From a bacterium (GTDB lineage: Bacteria > Patescibacteriota > Minisyncoccia > Phycocordibacterales > UBA9973), in the NCBI GenBank assembly GCA_037143195.1, contig JBAWZD010000003.1, forward strand, positions 5,333-69,332: a DNA stretch of 64,000 bases, read 5' to 3'. The notes under the pieces were generated by a model. That model did no database searches and had not been told where the DNA came from. It saw only the letters and a program-made list of their open reading frames with translations. This document shows, one piece after another, positions 38,731 to 48,471 of this stretch (position 1 is the first letter of the stretch; every line of letters starts with the position of its first letter). The translations under genes and the position numbers were made by a program.

Positions 38731-40425
38731 ATGGAAACAAGAAATTGCCAGAATTGCCAAAAAGATTTTACGATCGAACCGGAGGATTTTGATTTCTATG
38801 AAAAGATTGCAGTTCCTGCCCCAACGTTTTGTCCTGATTGTCGGTTTCAGCGCAGGCTAGCATTTCGCAACGAACGCAATTTTTACAAGCGTGTCTGTGA
38901 TCTCTGCGGCACAAGCGTCGTTTCGCGAGTTTCGCCTGACAAAGCGTACCCGATGTATTGCTCAAAATGCTGGTGGAGTGACAAGTGGGACGCACATTCA
39001 TACGGGAAGGATTACGATTTTTCGAGGCCCTTTTTTGAGCAGTGGAGAGAACTCTTTTTTAGCGTCCCGCATATCTCCATCATGAATTCGAACTGTGTAA
39101 ACAGTGAATGGGTCAATCAAGAAAACGATAGCAAGAACTGTTACATGAACGTCGGCGGTCTCTATAATGAAGATTGCGCCTATTGCACATATGGAGTGCA
39201 AAGCAAGAATTGCGTCGATAATTATTGGATACTCAACTCAGATCATTGCGCGCATAATGTGCACTGTGAGCGATGCTACTTCACTCATTATTCTTATGAA
39301 GTCCATGACTCCCTCCATACGCTCTTTTCGTATGACTGCCGCAATTGTAATAATGTCATTGGTTGTGCTGGATTGCGCAATAAGCAATACTGCATCTTTA
39401 ACGAACAACATTCGAAAGAATCATATGAGGAATTTCTGAAAGAACATCCATTTTCATCGGCGAGCGGTGTCTCTTGGTGGAAAGAAAAGATCATTCCCAT
39501 TTGGAACAATTCTCCGCATCGCGAAAATACCATATTCAAATCACTCGATGTTACTGGTAATGCCGTCTCTGAATCAAAAAATTCTCACAACGCATGGGAA
39601 TCCATTAAACTTGAGAATACGAAGAACATCTACATCTCTGGGTGGATTCGGGAAGGATACGATTGCTCCTATTTTGGAGCGGCCGAACTTGTATATGAAT
39701 GTGCACATAGTGGAGGGGGATATAATTCCAAAGGGCTATTGCTGTGCCTGTCGAATGATCCGTTGAAAAAAATCACGATCAATACGGTTGAGTACTCAGC
39801 GATGGTATCGGCACTCAGTAATTGTTTTGGTTGTGTCGGAGTTCGTGGTGCTGAGTACGTAATTTTAAACAAAAAATATACCAAGGAAGAATATCTTGAG
39901 TTGCTGCCGAAAATAAAACTACATATGAAAGATATGCCGTACATCGATAAAAAGGGTAGAGTATACGGGTACGGAGAATTCTTTCCGGCAGAGTTCGCAT
40001 CGTTTGGGTACAACGAAACCACAGCCCCAGAAGTATTTCCGTTGACAAAGGAAGAAGCGCTTAAGGAAGGATTTTCATGGAATGAATATGTATCTGACAC
40101 GAAATACAAATTTTCTGATTATGAAATCCCTGACGATATTACAAATGTAGAGGATGATATTCTGCAAAAGATTTTGAAATGTGAGGTTACAGGCAAGGCC
40201 TACCGTATTATTCCTGCCGAACTTTCTTTTTATCGTCACACAGGATTGCCGATCCCAAGAACGGCTCCGGCGGAGCGTCATGACAAGCGTTTTCAGATGC
40301 TCTTGCCTTGCAAGCTCTTTGACCGAGTGTGTGACAGTTGTAAAAAAGAAATACGCACACCGTACACCACAGGCCGCCCCGAAATTGTCTACTGCGAAGT
40401 GTGTTATCAGAGAGAGGTATTATAG
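38731..40425 (+). CDS. CPR-type cysteine-rich (multi-CxxC) protein, copy 2
   Basis: Same architecture as copy 1 (CQNC, PTFCPDCRFQRR..FRNER, YGEFFP, VYCEVCY). Confidence 0.85.
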   Translation: METRNCQNCQKDFTIEPEDFDFYEKIAVPAPTFCPDCRFQRRLAFRNERNFYKRVCDLCGTSVVSRVSPDKAYPMYCSKCWWSDKWDAHSYGKDYDFSRPFFEQWRELFFSVPHISIMNSNCVNSEWVNQENDSKNCYMNVGGLYNEDCAYCTYGVQSKNCVDNYWILNSDHCAHNVHCERCYFTHYSYEVHDSLHTLFSYDCRNCNNVIGCAGLRNKQYCIFNEQHSKESYEEFLKEHPFSSASGVSWWKEKIIPIWNNSPHRENTIFKSLDVTGNAVSESKNSHNAWESIKLENTKNIYISGWIREGYDCSYFGAAELVYECAHSGGGYNSKGLLLCLSNDPLKKITINTVEYSAMVSALSNCFGCVGVRGAEYVILNKKYTKEEYLELLPKIKLHMKDMPYIDKKGRVYGYGEFFPAEFASFGYNETTAPEVFPLTKEEALKEGFSWNEYVSDTKYKFSDYEIPDDITNVEDDILQKILKCEVTGKAYRIIPAELSFYRHTGLPIPRTAPAERHDKRFQMLLPCKLFDRVCDSCKKEIRTPYTTGRPEIVYCEVCYQREVL

Positions 40426-40491
40426 AGATATAACCATTCTGATGGGTGTCTCTGATTCGTCGTCATTATAAATTCTAATATTCTCGAATAT

Positions 40492-40848
40492 ATGAATGAA
40501 CTAACCACTGAAGAAAAAAGGGTCATCATCGACAAAGGAACAGAGGCACCGTTTGTCGGAGAGTATGTGAACACCAAGGAGACTGGGGTGTATGCGTGTC
40601 GACAATGCGGCGCACCGCTCTATGATTCAAAAGACAAATTTGAATCGACGTGTGGCTGGCCGAGTTTTGACGACGAGATTCCGGGTGCTGTGCACAAGAG
40701 TCTCGACGCTGATGGAATGCGCACCGAGATCACGTGCGCGAAGTGTGGGGGACATCTCGGTCACGTATTTAAGGGTGAGCACTTCACCGATAAAGATATT
40801 CGTCACTGCGTGAATTCAATTTCACTCAGATTTATTCCAGGAAAATAA
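40492..40848 (+). CDS. msrB: methionine-R-sulfoxide reductase
   Basis: [34 protein letters not shown]. Confidence 0.96.
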   Translation: MNELTTEEKRVIIDKGTEAPFVGEYVNTKETGVYACRQCGAPLYDSKDKFESTCGWPSFDDEIPGAVHKSLDADGMRTEITCAKCGGHLGHVFKGEHFTDKDIRHCVNSISLRFIPGK

Positions 40849-40851
40849 TCT

Positions 40852-41340
40852 ATGATCAAAACAGCGGTATTTGCCGGAGGATGTTTTTGGGGCTTACAAG
40901 ATTTGATCCGAACACAAGCAGGTGTTGTTTCGACACGTGTAGGGTATACCGGCGGGAGCGTTCCAAATCCGACATACGAACGCCATACGGGACATGCAGA
41001 AGCAGTCGAGATTACTTACGACACTGACAAGACATCGTACAAAAATCTTCTCGATTTCTTTTTTCAAATTCACAATCCAACGACACTCAATCAGCAGGGG
41101 AACGATCGCGGTACTTCGTACCGCTCCGCTATTTTCTATGCGACACCCGAAGAGAAAAAGGAAGCTGAGGATTTCATCAGCATTGTGAACGATTCAAAAC
41201 GCTGGCCTGATCCTGTCGTCACCACACTTGAACCGCTCACCGAATTCTATCTCGCCGAGGACTATCACCAAGATTACCTACAAAAGCATCCGGGTGGCTA
41301 TACCTGTCACGCGATTTGGTTTGATAGTTACCTTACATAA
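40852..41340 (+). CDS. msrA: methionine-S-sulfoxide reductase
   Basis: [26 protein letters not shown]. Confidence 0.96.
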   Translation: MIKTAVFAGGCFWGLQDLIRTQAGVVSTRVGYTGGSVPNPTYERHTGHAEAVEITYDTDKTSYKNLLDFFFQIHNPTTLNQQGNDRGTSYRSAIFYATPEEKKEAEDFISIVNDSKRWPDPVVTTLEPLTEFYLAEDYHQDYLQKHPGGYTCHAIWFDSYLT

Positions 41341-41397
41341 TCGGGCGGAGGGGGTAGGGGCTTTACACGAATCACAATTCGCAGTATCGTTATAATC

Positions 41398-43125
41398 ATG
41401 AAAGCATATAAACGATTGCGCGCGTGTGTTCCGGTACTCCTTATCATTTTCGTATTCGGCGTTACTCCATCACTCGTCTCGGCTGATGTTGTTATTACCA
41501 ATTATCCAGCTCCGTCAGGTAATCCTCAATACCACCAGCTTGCGTCCGATGGGACCAATATTTGGATTACACAGAATGGTCTCGGAGTTACCGAAGTGAG
41601 TCCGAGAGGCACAGTCCTTCGTACACTCACAGCGCCAGATTGGACTCCTTTTCGTATTGCATTCGATGGCACTAACATGTGGACCGCTGATGCTGGCGAT
41701 ACTGGAGGAATGGGCATTGTCTCTAAGATTAGTCCAACGGGAGTCATTACCAATTATACTGGTACAGGTGCTACCCCAATGGGTATCGCATTCGATGGCA
41801 CCAACATGTGGACTACAAATTCAGATGACAATAGTGTAACTAAAATTACTCCAAGTGGAACGATGACCACGTACTCAGGCACTGGTCCTCGACCGCTCAC
41901 GCTCGCATTCGATGGCACCAACATGTGGACATTAAACATTGGTGATGGCAGCGTTACCAAGGTTACTCCAAGTGGAACGATGACAACTTTTTCTGGGTTG
42001 CCAGTAGATCCGAGTGGGTCTGTGCCAGTCGACATTGCATTCGACGGTACGAATATGTGGACAGCAAACCAAACTGGAACAGTCACCAAGATTAGTCCAA
42101 CTGGCACGATGACTACCTATAGCGGTGCTGGAATAACACCAGACGGTATCGCATTCGACGGTACGAATATGTGGGTAACAAATCCAGGAGACGGAAGTGT
42201 CACGAGAGTGAGCCCTAGTGGTGTCATGACAAATTATACTGGAGTCGGTAACACAAGTACGGATCAGGGGAGCCCTGTTGGAATTACTTTTGACGGTAGA
42301 TATCTCTGGGCCGTCAGTGCAATGGCTTTGACAAAAATTGATCCGTCTGGAACTGCAACGACTACTACGACGAGTACAACTACCGGTACAACAACAAATA
42401 CGACCACCACTACCGCAACCACCGCCACTACTATTCCTCCAACAGTGGCAACAGACGCACTTTCAGCGGGAGATTTTACTGCAACAACTGCGAAGCTGAA
42501 GGGTCATGTCGTAAGTATGGGAAGTAGTTCGAGTATCAGTACATCATTGACGTACTGGTCAAATGCGACTTCTCCAATAACAGTGCCAGCAGGATCGTTT
42601 AGCGGAACAAATACATTTTCTGTGTCGGTTTCAGGTCTTACTTGCAACACGACCTATTCTGTCTATGCCACAGGAATTACGTCGGCAGGAACGGCAAATG
42701 GATCGGTGGTTGGGTTCACGACGAGTCCATGTGTAGCCGTAGCAACGACAAGTACGACAACAGGAACAACCACGACACCACCAAGTACACCAACTACACC
42801 AACTACACCAACAACGAATTCGACAACTCCACAAACAGCAACTACGAACACGACGGTTTCAAGTGGGGCGATTACCGCTCCAACTGTTGATCAGTTGAGT
42901 ACACTTCCTTCCCTCAGTGTTGGAAAAACTGGCGACGCAGTGCTCACACTTCAGTCGTATCTCTATGCCAACAAGCTTTTGACTGTTGCTCCAACGGGAT
43001 ACTACGGAATGATGACAAAGGCCGCAGTTGCAGAATTCCAGAAGCAAAATGGAGTTGACGCTATTGGTGTCTTTGGACCAAAGACACGAACGGCGCTGGT
43101 GCATTCACTGCAAGTTACTCAGTAG
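41398..43125 (+). CDS. secreted surface protein: Vgb-like beta-propeller repeats, Thr-rich linkers, FN3-like module, C-terminal peptidoglycan-binding domain
   Basis: Signal peptide; about seven IAFDGTNMW-type repeats; GDAVLTLQSYL..TGYYG.MTKAAVAEFQ..GVFGPKTR (PG_binding_1). Confidence 0.85.
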   Translation: MKAYKRLRACVPVLLIIFVFGVTPSLVSADVVITNYPAPSGNPQYHQLASDGTNIWITQNGLGVTEVSPRGTVLRTLTAPDWTPFRIAFDGTNMWTADAGDTGGMGIVSKISPTGVITNYTGTGATPMGIAFDGTNMWTTNSDDNSVTKITPSGTMTTYSGTGPRPLTLAFDGTNMWTLNIGDGSVTKVTPSGTMTTFSGLPVDPSGSVPVDIAFDGTNMWTANQTGTVTKISPTGTMTTYSGAGITPDGIAFDGTNMWVTNPGDGSVTRVSPSGVMTNYTGVGNTSTDQGSPVGITFDGRYLWAVSAMALTKIDPSGTATTTTTSTTTGTTTNTTTTTATTATTIPPTVATDALSAGDFTATTAKLKGHVVSMGSSSSISTSLTYWSNATSPITVPAGSFSGTNTFSVSVSGLTCNTTYSVYATGITSAGTANGSVVGFTTSPCVAVATTSTTTGTTTTPPSTPTTPTTPTTNSTTPQTATTNTTVSSGAITAPTVDQLSTLPSLSVGKTGDAVLTLQSYLYANKLLTVAPTGYYGMMTKAAVAEFQKQNGVDAIGVFGPKTRTALVHSLQVTQ

Positions 43126-43184
43126 GTCGTACTCACAGATTGTAAGCACACAAAGCCCGCCAGAGATATCTCCGGTGGGCTTTG

Positions 43185-43249
43185 TTGACAGGGGAGAGAC
43201 AATCCGGTATATTGTTAGGGTAACTAATAGTTAGGTAAACTAACAATAT
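43185..43249 (+). promoter_or_regulatory. promoter and tandem MarR operators
   Basis: TTGACA-17-TATATT; GTTAG-N5-CTAAT (43214-43228) and GTTAG-N5-CTAAC (43230-43244) overlap the start site. Confidence 0.7.
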
Positions 43250-43253
43250 TGCC

Positions 43254-43673
43254 ATGTCATTACCAAATCAATCATTCCTTGAGGATCTCATTCTTACGTT
43301 CCGTAGGAAGATCCTCGAGAGCATGCGGGCTGAATCACTGAAACACGACCTGTCATTCTCTCAGACTGAAATCTTGCGATTTATCGGTCTGAACGAGAAG
43401 AAGACGATGAAGAGTATTGCCGAACATTTAAAGATCACCCCACCGTCCGCGAGCGTACTCGTCGCTCATATGGAGAAACGAGGACTCGTTCGCAGAACGA
43501 GTGACCCCGTTGACCGAAGAGTCGTCTGGATCACTCTCGTACCGAAGACCAAGAAATTAATCGACAGCGCGTGCAAGAAGAAACAGCTCATTTTTAAAGG
43601 CATGCTTTCCAAATTGACGGAGAAAGACCAGAAAGAACTTGAGCGAATTATCAGTATCCTTATTAAAGAATAA
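43254..43673 (+). CDS. MarR-family regulator
   Basis: LSFSQTEIL, TMKSIAEHLKITPPSAS, DPVDRRVV. Confidence 0.93.
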   Translation: MSLPNQSFLEDLILTFRRKILESMRAESLKHDLSFSQTEILRFIGLNEKKTMKSIAEHLKITPPSASVLVAHMEKRGLVRRTSDPVDRRVVWITLVPKTKKLIDSACKKKQLIFKGMLSKLTEKDQKELERIISILIKE

Positions 43674-43686
43674 CCGAATCAGTAGT

Positions 43687-44943
43687 ATGAATACATCACT
43701 TATCCATCAACCAAAAAAAGTTATCGCCATTTCACTCGTCATTGCACTTGTGATTGGTATTTTTGCATACGTTCGAATCAATCGTGCTCCCGCATACACA
43801 TTCGTCACTGCAACGAGTGGCAAAATCAGTGGAACAGAAGGGGGGACAGCTCGACAGACCAATTTTGGTCTCGGGTTTCTCTCGGGTGGCCGAATCCAAA
43901 CGGTCGCGGTAAAGACTGGTGACACGGTGACGGCAGGACAAGTTCTCGCGACACTTGATGCGGGGAATGCTGTCGGTGTTCTTGCACAAGCCAAAGCTGC
44001 ACTCGCGAGTGCACAGGCGAATTACGAAAAAGTAATCAATGGTGCAACAAGCCCTGCGATTGATGTTGCGAAGGCAGCCGTGAATACTGCGCAAGTGAAT
44101 TTTGATCAGACCTCAAAACAGCAAGACATTCTCGTTTCAAACGCATACAAAAATCTTCTGAACTCAACAGTCGAAGCTGTTCCTGAAACAAACGGGAACA
44201 CTGATTCGAATATTCCAACTATTTCTGGAAGTTACACGCTTGGCAAGGAGGGGATCATAACAATCGATACGTATTTTACTGGGGACGGAGGGTATTTTAA
44301 TGCTTCAGGAGTCGTGAATGCATCCGGAATTGTTTCGAGAACCGTGGCGGAGCCGATCGGTGATTCAGGATTGTTTGTGAAGTTCCCATCGAGTCTTGGC
44401 TCAACGACGAGTTGGACTATTTCGCTCCCGAATACAAAGGCAGTAAATTATCTTTCAAATTTTAACGCATACCAAAACGCACTGCAGTCGAAGAGTCAAA
44501 TGGTTGCGAGTGCTCAAGCGACACTCGATCAGGCCAAAGCTTCACTCGCAGCTCTTGTGGCTACTGCACGGCCAGAGGACGTTGCTGCTGCGAAAGCACA
44601 AGTTGATACAGCTCAAGGCGCGGTGACTATTGCGCACGCTGCATACGGAAATACAATTATCACTGCTCCAAGTACGGGAACTGTCACTTCTGTCGCAATT
44701 ACGGTTGGACAAATTGCGACACCGAATATCCCCGTCATTCAAATGGTTGGGACAAGTATTACAAAAGATGTCGCAGTCATGATTCCAAACACAGCGCTCT
44801 ATACTCGAGACGGTGTGTCATATGTGCACAAAAAATCGGGAAGTGGAGTCGTTGAAGTGCCTGTTGGTACTGGTGTTACCGACGGCACACATACGGAAAT
44901 CACGAGCGGATTAACAGTGAGTGATGCAGTCGTTATTCAATAA
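43687..44943 (+). CDS. efflux periplasmic adaptor (MFP) subunit with an inserted domain
   Basis: GRIQTVAVKTGDTVTAGQVLATLD and ITAPSTGTV lipoyl halves around a long helical hairpin with an insertion. Confidence 0.85.
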   Translation: MNTSLIHQPKKVIAISLVIALVIGIFAYVRINRAPAYTFVTATSGKISGTEGGTARQTNFGLGFLSGGRIQTVAVKTGDTVTAGQVLATLDAGNAVGVLAQAKAALASAQANYEKVINGATSPAIDVAKAAVNTAQVNFDQTSKQQDILVSNAYKNLLNSTVEAVPETNGNTDSNIPTISGSYTLGKEGIITIDTYFTGDGGYFNASGVVNASGIVSRTVAEPIGDSGLFVKFPSSLGSTTSWTISLPNTKAVNYLSNFNAYQNALQSKSQMVASAQATLDQAKASLAALVATARPEDVAAAKAQVDTAQGAVTIAHAAYGNTIITAPSTGTVTSVAITVGQIATPNIPVIQMVGTSITKDVAVMIPNTALYTRDGVSYVHKKSGSGVVEVPVGTGVTDGTHTEITSGLTVSDAVVIQ

Positions 44944-44954
44944 AAAATACTTTT

Positions 44955-45596
44955 ATGCAAGAACAAGAAACAAAAAAAGAATCAATTTTGAAGAAGCCAT
45001 GGTTTCAGAGCGTGACGGCACTGGTCGTTATTTTTGGAACGTTGCTTACATTCATCCTCTGGCAGAGTGGTCGCAATACTGTATTGATTGAAAATTCGAC
45101 GCTTCAAGCGCCGGTGATTTCACTTTCACCAATGACTCCCGGAGTGTTGAATGCGCTCTACGTCAAAGAGGGTGATCATGTGACAGCCAACACACAGATT
45201 GCACTCGTTGGTTCTCAAGTAATCACGGCACAAGAAGATGGAGTTATTTTTTCAGCACCAAACGTCATCGGCACATACTTCGCACCCGGACAGCCCGTTG
45301 TTACTCTCGTAAAGACAGGGGAGATGAAAGTGGTTGGAACAGTTGATGAGACAAAAGGCTTGAAAGATATTGCTGAAGGTCAGCTTGCGACATTTACAGT
45401 TGATGCATTCCCTGGCAAAAAATTTACTGGCGTCGTTGATTCCGTGAGCGCGGCAGCAGACAATACCGGTGTTGTGTTTTCAATTTCAGACAAGCGCCCG
45501 ATTCAGAAATTTGATGTGAAGGTGCGTTTTGATACAACAGCATATCCGGAACTCAAGAGTGGTATGTCTGCAAAGATCACGGTCAGCACAAAATAA
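44955..45596 (+). CDS. EmrA/HlyD-like adaptor (short, hairpin-less)
   Basis: TM, VKEGDHV, FTVDAFPGKKFTG, LKSGMSA. Confidence 0.85.
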   Translation: MQEQETKKESILKKPWFQSVTALVVIFGTLLTFILWQSGRNTVLIENSTLQAPVISLSPMTPGVLNALYVKEGDHVTANTQIALVGSQVITAQEDGVIFSAPNVIGTYFAPGQPVVTLVKTGEMKVVGTVDETKGLKDIAEGQLATFTVDAFPGKKFTGVVDSVSAAADNTGVVFSISDKRPIQKFDVKVRFDTTAYPELKSGMSAKITVSTK

Positions 45597-45599
45597 TTC

Positions 45600-47081
45600 A
45601 TGGACAAAAAAGGATCAAAACTACGCTGGTGGATTCTCATCACCGTTATTGTCGGTACATTTTTAGGTCGTCTTGATCAGACGATTGTGAATCTTGCGCT
45701 TCCTAAAATCATTAATGATTTTAGTATTAGCGTTAGTGCCGCTGGATGGATTGCGACTGCGTATATTTTGGCAAACGCGGTCTTCGTTCCGATCTGGGGC
45801 AAGCTCGGCGATACGATCGGTCGCAAGAAAGTGTACATGATCGGATTTGGTCTCTTCATCTTCGGATCGGTGCTCGCAGGACTCGCATGGAATCTCCCAT
45901 CTATGATTGTGTTTCGTGTGATTCAAGCGATTGCTGGTTCGGCCGACTATCCGACTGCGATGGCGATTATTGCTGTGACATTCCGTGAAGGCAAGGAGCG
46001 TGCGCAAGCACTCGGTATTTGGTCGTCATCGTTTGCGGCAGCTTCCGTATTTGGTCCACTCCTCGGTGGTCCGCTTATCGACAATTTCGGCTGGCGTTCA
46101 GTATTCCTGATCAATCTTCCAATCGGTATTCTTGGTATGCTCATGGCAATGCGATTTATCAATGAGTCGCGCGAAGAAAAGAAGACACACTATTTCGATT
46201 GGTGGGGTGCTTCTGTTCTCGGCGGTATGTTGTCATCACTCGTTCTCGTGCTCGACAAAGGAATGGACTGGGGCTGGATGTCGACGTCGAGTCTCATCTG
46301 TTATTTCCTCGTTGTCGTTCTCACGGGAATTTTTATTCGTATCGAAAATCGAGTACCTGAGCCAATCGTTGATTTGAAATTTTTCAAAATCCCCGCGTTC
46401 GTCAATACACTCTTAAACAATTTCGTCGTCTTCATGGGAATGATGGGGGCGCTTTTCCTGATTCCAATTTTTGCCCAAACATTTCTTGGGTACGATGCGA
46501 CAGAGACTGGGTACCTCTTTATGCCGATGGCAGCTGCACTCATGCTCGGCGCCCCGATCGGGGGAGCGTTAACTGGTCGCGTTCAATCACGCTATGTCAT
46601 CTTCGCGAGTACACTCGTCGCGGCGATTGGCGTATTTCTTTTTTCGCATCTCGATCCTCGCTCAGGTCCGCTCGATATCATTATTCCGCTTTCAATCATG
46701 GCCTTCGGTCTTGGTTTTGGAATGGCCCAGCGTACGAATGTGATTGCCTCGGTCGTTGATCAGCATGAGATTGGTATTGCTTCATCGGTGCTTGCGCTCA
46801 CACGTAACGTCGCTGGAGCATTCGGAATCGCGATATTTGGATCACTGCTCACGAATCGTGTCGAAGAGAATGTACTCAGTATTAATGGATTTAGTCATCT
46901 TTACAGTCACAAGCTTGCGGACATAAAGACATATATCGCACTGATTGAACTCAAGGCACAGGTCAACGCATATGACTACGTATTTCTAGTTGCTGCCACG
47001 CTCATATTCATCGGTTCGTTTGCAGTTTTGTTCCTAAAAATCAAAAATGAAAAAATCGGGGTCACCGTGCACGTGGAATAA
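45600..47081 (+). CDS. DHA2 (EmrB/QacA-type) MFS transporter
   Basis: LDQTIVNLALP, GKLGDTIGRKK, GPLLGG, WRSVFLINLPIG. Confidence 0.93.
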   Translation: MDKKGSKLRWWILITVIVGTFLGRLDQTIVNLALPKIINDFSISVSAAGWIATAYILANAVFVPIWGKLGDTIGRKKVYMIGFGLFIFGSVLAGLAWNLPSMIVFRVIQAIAGSADYPTAMAIIAVTFREGKERAQALGIWSSSFAAASVFGPLLGGPLIDNFGWRSVFLINLPIGILGMLMAMRFINESREEKKTHYFDWWGASVLGGMLSSLVLVLDKGMDWGWMSTSSLICYFLVVVLTGIFIRIENRVPEPIVDLKFFKIPAFVNTLLNNFVVFMGMMGALFLIPIFAQTFLGYDATETGYLFMPMAAALMLGAPIGGALTGRVQSRYVIFASTLVAAIGVFLFSHLDPRSGPLDIIIPLSIMAFGLGFGMAQRTNVIASVVDQHEIGIASSVLALTRNVAGAFGIAIFGSLLTNRVEENVLSINGFSHLYSHKLADIKTYIALIELKAQVNAYDYVFLVAATLIFIGSFAVLFLKIKNEKIGVTVHVE

Positions 47082-47102
47082 GGGGAGTGTATACTAGTGC
47101 AT

Positions 47103-47537
47103 ATGAGAAAAGAAGTACTTGATTATATTGAGACACAGCGCGTTGGGGTACTTGCCGTTGAGATGATGGATGGCTCGCCACACGCATCGACGGTGCATGT
47201 GGCAAAGAATAGCAATGCATCTGTATTCTATATCGAAACATTTCGCTCGTATCGCAAAGCCGAAGCGCTCTTTGGGCGTAGAACATCACGCGCTTCGATG
47301 GTCATTGGTTTTGACGAGCTCGACATGAAGACTCTCCAGATTGACGGGGAAGTTCGATTACTCGAAACAGAACTTGAAAAAATTGAGTTTGAGAAATACT
47401 ATTTCACAAAGTTTCCAAACAAGAAAACAAGCACTCCGAATCCAGACTTCGTTCCCTTTGTCTTCATCCCTTTGTGGTGGCGATATACTGATTGGACCGA
47501 TCCAAGTGGAAAGATCGTCTACAATACTGTTTCCTAG
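47103..47537 (+). CDS. pyridoxamine 5'-phosphate oxidase-like protein
   Basis: GVLA...DGSPHASTV, SYRK, TLQIDG, WWRYTD. Confidence 0.75.
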   Translation: MRKEVLDYIETQRVGVLAVEMMDGSPHASTVHVAKNSNASVFYIETFRSYRKAEALFGRRTSRASMVIGFDELDMKTLQIDGEVRLLETELEKIEFEKYYFTKFPNKKTSTPNPDFVPFVFIPLWWRYTDWTDPSGKIVYNTVS

Positions 47538-47576
47538 GTGGTTTCCAGAGCTCTATTTTTTACGTATACTGGACCT

Positions 47577-47909
47577 ATGTCAAAACTAAAAGAGGCACAG
47601 TGTGTGAGTTGTGAAGGGGGAGTAGCGCCTCTCGCGAAATCGGCGGTTACCCGTCTCATGACCGAGCTCACGGGGTGGATGCTGTCCAAGGATGGTCTCT
47701 CGATAGAAAAAGATTTGGAATTTAAGAATTTCGACAAGGCGATGGACTTCGTAAACCTTGTGGCCGACCTCGCAGAATTCGAAGGACACCATCCTGATAT
47801 TGATATTCGATACAACAAGGTCAAACTTGTTCTCTCGACGCATGCGATTGGAGGGCTCTCTCAAAATGATTTTATTCTCGCATCCAAGATTGATGCAATT
47901 GCACTCTAA
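47577..47909 (+). CDS. pterin-4-alpha-carbinolamine dehydratase
   Basis: CVSCEGG, AEFEGHHPDI, STHAIGGLSQNDFILASKID. Confidence 0.93.
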   Translation: MSKLKEAQCVSCEGGVAPLAKSAVTRLMTELTGWMLSKDGLSIEKDLEFKNFDKAMDFVNLVADLAEFEGHHPDIDIRYNKVKLVLSTHAIGGLSQNDFILASKIDAIAL

Positions 47910-47915
47910 CTATTT

Positions 47916-48344
47916 ATGTCTTCATCACTTGTACTCAATCTTGTGCTCATGCTCGCCGGTCTCGCTGGATTCACACTCGCGTTCTATATCTACCATTGCA
48001 AACACAAGAAACAGCCACTCGTCTGTCCGATTCATGGAAGTTGCGATGTCGTGACGGGGAGTGACTATGCGAAATTCCTTGGAATTCCGGTTGAGTTGCT
48101 CGGTATGTGCTATTACACCGTCGTCGTGCTTTTTCATGGGGCGGTGATTGCAAGTGCGGGAATATATACAGCTACGATCGGGGGAGTAGCTCTCGGGTTA
48201 TCAGGCTTTGCGTTTCTTTTCTCACTCTATCTCATCTGGATTCAAGCTTTCGTCTTGAAACATTGGTGCACATGGTGTCTCTGCTCCGCGTTCCTCTGTG
48301 CGCTCATTTTTGTGCTCACGCTTGGCGCAGGCTCGCTTTTTTAG
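47916..48344 (+). CDS. vitamin K epoxide reductase (VKOR) family protein
   Basis: CPIHGSCDVVTGSDYA, GIPV, WCTWC. Confidence 0.92.
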   Translation: MSSSLVLNLVLMLAGLAGFTLAFYIYHCKHKKQPLVCPIHGSCDVVTGSDYAKFLGIPVELLGMCYYTVVVLFHGAVIASAGIYTATIGGVALGLSGFAFLFSLYLIWIQAFVLKHWCTWCLCSAFLCALIFVLTLGAGSLF

Positions 48345-48398
48345 GCGTTTTTTGCTATAAAGTATGGGCTTTTCGCTCATGCGGCAAGTCCACAATAT

Positions 48399-48471
48399 GG
48401 TGCCTATGGTGTAACGGTTAACACAGAGGTTTGTGGAACCTTTAATTCGAGTTCGATTCTCGATAGGCACC
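48399..48471 (+). tRNA. tRNA-His(GTG) with G-1; integration site
   Basis: G-GTGCCTA/TAGGCAC-C acceptor, GAGGT-TTGTGGA-ACCTT anticodon arm, TTCGATT T loop. Confidence 0.95.

Noticed and set aside
41650-42310. Near-identical nucleotide repeats (GCATTCGATGGCACCAACATGTGGAC etc.) as a CRISPR array or DGR template/variable repeat
   Set aside because: They are in-frame propeller-blade repeats (IAFDGTNMW) inside one ORF. Spacers are homologous, there is no cas or reverse transcriptase gene in the window, and differences are not adenine-specific.
150-47864. Numerous long antisense/overlapping ORFs in the track (e.g. 3842-4561, 7907-8479, 35229-35867)
   Set aside because: They shadow well-supported genes on the other strand or frame and show no motifs.
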